Below, piece by piece: positions 24,790-26,553 of a stretch of 26,553 nucleotides of DNA (the first letter of the stretch is position 1; each line of letters begins with the position of its first letter). The notes below the pieces were generated by a model that had not been told where the DNA came from, did not search any database, and worked only from the letters and a program-made list of their open reading frames with translations. The stretch covers positions 1 through 26,553 of IMG/VR virus record IMGVR_UViG_3300020045_005630. One strand, given 5' to 3'. This DNA comes from a virus. Taxonomy: Duplodnaviria > Caudoviricetes. The position numbers were made by a program, and so were the translations under genes.

Positions 24790-25515
24790 TTAGTTTTGGA
24801 ATTGTCCTTTTGTTAATAAATAATAGTTTTTTACTTTGGCAGGTGACCAAACCGTGTTGTCTACTATTACTTCATCAATACTTCCATAGTTATAATGACT
24901 GCCATTATGGTCTACGCCAATTGAAAACTGTGTTGTTCCTGTTAAATTTAAATTGTTCGCAGGATTAGATGAACCTTTATATACGCCATTAAAATATGCT
25001 TTTAATACGTTATTTCCATCAAATGAAATAGCCAAAGAATACCAAACTCCAACATTTAATGTAATTGGATAAAAATAGCTTGATAATCCTGTGGAAATTT
25101 GTCCCTCATATCTTAAATTATAAGTACCGCCATTATTATGATATCTTATATAAAACAATGAACCTGTGTATGGAGAGGTATTATCTGCTATAAACTTTAC
25201 AGCATAAGTATCTAGTGTTCCTAGTGCTGGAAGCGACGTTAGTTTTATGTTTAAAAATATTGTGAATGGAGAATTTGATGGGATATTTAAATCTGAAAAA
25301 ATTTTAATACTAGATGTATTCCCATTTAAAAAAGCCCCTTGATTTAATCTTCCGTAAGCCTGAGAATAACTTATATCAGTATCAGTACCATTATTCCCAT
25401 TTCCACTCGCATCGTTTGAGTTTCCGTTTAGTCTCCAGAAGACTTTCGCCACAGTAGTCTGCCCAAATCCTTGAAATGAGCAAAACAGTATCAATATAAA
25501 AAGTAGTTTTTTCAT
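24790..25515 (-). CDS. LamG/concanavalin A-like domain protein with signal peptide
   Basis: WRLNGNSNDASGNGNNGT...VWYSLAISFDG...AYFNG...GSIDEV; MKKLLFILILFCSFQGFG|Q. Confidence 0.85.
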   Translation of the reverse strand: MKKLLFILILFCSFQGFGQTTVAKVFWRLNGNSNDASGNGNNGTDTDISYSQAYGRLNQGAFLNGNTSSIKIFSDLNIPSNSPFTIFLNIKLTSLPALGTLDTYAVKFIADNTSPYTGSLFYIRYHNNGGTYNLRYEGQISTGLSSYFYPITLNVGVWYSLAISFDGNNVLKAYFNGVYKGSSNPANNLNLTGTTQFSIGVDHNGSHYNYGSIDEVIVDNTVWSPAKVKNYYLLTKGQFQN

Positions 25516-25516
25516 G

Positions 25517-26553
25517 TTAAAAAGCCGTAAAAATTGATGTTGGTATGATGTATAATTTAGCCTGAAAATCAGCGGCTTTATTTGTTGCGCCTGCCGAACT
25601 CATTAATCTTAAACTAACCGTTTCGGCTGCTGTAATTGTGTTCGTTGTTGGTCGCTGTGTTCGCAGTACTGTGTTGGTAGTCATATCGGGAGCAGAACTA
25701 AACAAAGCGGTTGTATTCTTGTAAATATTGACCGTTAAAGCTGCTCCAGTTCCGGCTGCTGATGTTAATACGCTAAAATCACAGGGCAATAAATAACTGT
25801 TGGTTTGAATGTCAGCGTAAAACATACCCTGAGAATATGAAGCATCGGCAATACATTCGCCCGGAATGGTAACCAACCTCATATAATCAGTAGCCTTTCG
25901 ATTATAGGCTACTTTAAAATCCTTATCTCCACTTACCAAATTAGTATCGGTAATCACATTGGCTGTAATCGTTCCGCTTGCATTGGTAGCTGTTTTAACG
26001 TAGCCTATACGCCTAGTAGTTCCCGCTGCATCGGTACAAGTGAACAAACTCATTTCAAGCAACCCAACATCTTTGTCGGTTCCGGTAAAAGTAAATGTCG
26101 TAGCACTCGCATAGGTTCCTGTTAATGCTGTCCATATTTCAGCAGTTCCACTACTTGCCGTTATTGTTACAGTCTTTGTATTTGTGCCATTTTCAGCAAC
26201 TGTTAAAGTACTTCCTACATAACTGAATGTACTTATAAGTTCGTTCGTTGCACTTAAATCCGCATCGCCTGATATGTGACTTTGAATATTAGCGTTTGCA
26301 GCTTCTTTCCCTGCCAATCCATCATATACTGCATTTTGACTAGGTGCGGTTGTAGTTACTGCATCATTTATAGCATCAACAATAATAGAACCACTATTTA
26401 TTTGGTATTGTTGACCTGTGGGAATATTTAGCGTTCCTGCAACAGTGGCTGTTACCGCTTTATGTTCTAGTGCTGTTTCGCCTGAATTAACTCCCTGTAA
26501 TTTATTTGAAGCTCCTGTATAACTTGTCGGAGTATCGGTTAGCTGTAAGTAAG
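25517..26553 (-). CDS. Tail-fibre-like protein (5' end outside the window)
   Basis: Frame open from the right edge: YLQLTDTPTSYTG...VNSGETALE...APSQNAVYDGL; T/A/G-rich. Confidence 0.75.
   Translation of the reverse strand, partial: YLQLTDTPTSYTGASNKLQGVNSGETALEHKAVTATVAGTLNIPTGQQYQINSGSIIVDAINDAVTTTAPSQNAVYDGLAGKEAANANIQSHISGDADLSATNELISTFSYVGSTLTVAENGTNTKTVTITASSGTAEIWTALTGTYASATTFTFTGTDKDVGLLEMSLFTCTDAAGTTRRIGYVKTATNASGTITANVITDTNLVSGDKDFKVAYNRKATDYMRLVTIPGECIADASYSQGMFYADIQTNSYLLPCDFSVLTSAAGTGAALTVNIYKNTTALFSSAPDMTTNTVLRTQRPTTNTITAAETVSLRLMSSAGATNKAADFQAKLYIIPTSIFTAF

Noticed and set aside
21329-24968. Plus-strand ORFs 21329, 23720, 24762
   Set aside because: Antisense shadows of late genes.
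1-26553. Genome-wide stop-codon reassignment (prompted by the in-frame TAA at 6796 and TGA at 9286)
   Set aside because: Long genes are intact in code 11, and TGA, TAG and TAA all end genes at tight overlaps.
1-26553. CRISPR array, tRNA genes, reverse transcriptase/DGR, integrase
   Set aside because: No spaced repeat array, cloverleaf, RT motif or recombinase motif recognised by eye; a tool scan could still find weak cases.

Overview
AT-rich segment of a tailed dsDNA phage (or prophage) of a Bacteroidota host, inferred from repeated TAnnTTTG/TTTG promoters, A-rich leaders without Shine-Dalgarno sites, and signal peptides cleaved before Gln. The left arm (4565->1, minus strand) has small genes, ssb, terS and the 5' part of terL. 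A divergent promoter pair at ~4595-4702 opens a long plus-strand early/middle region: HTH, Sak4-like ATPase, PD-(D/E)XK nuclease, NinB/NinG-like proteins, MazG-like protein, DNA methyltransferase, replication initiator with iterons, RecA-fold helicase, YopX and a DnaA-C-like HTH. This region converges at ~19556 with the minus-strand end of the late region (tail-fibre-like genes, holin-like gene, M15 endolysin). I saw no integrase, tRNA or CRISPR array. The most unusual observations are: (1) an attC-like hairpin-bounded cassette at ~20018-20580; (2) four consecutive tail/adhesin-like late genes, each with a Sec signal peptide; (3) three HNH endonuclease genes, each with its own promoter and pseudoknotted leader, plus an orphan RNA of similar design; (4) two terminated U-rich segments antisense to the phage's own translation leaders; (5) a TGYT-N4-ARCA palindrome 34-35 nt upstream of five -7 boxes. 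All calls come from reading motifs by eye; no searches or folding programs were run.
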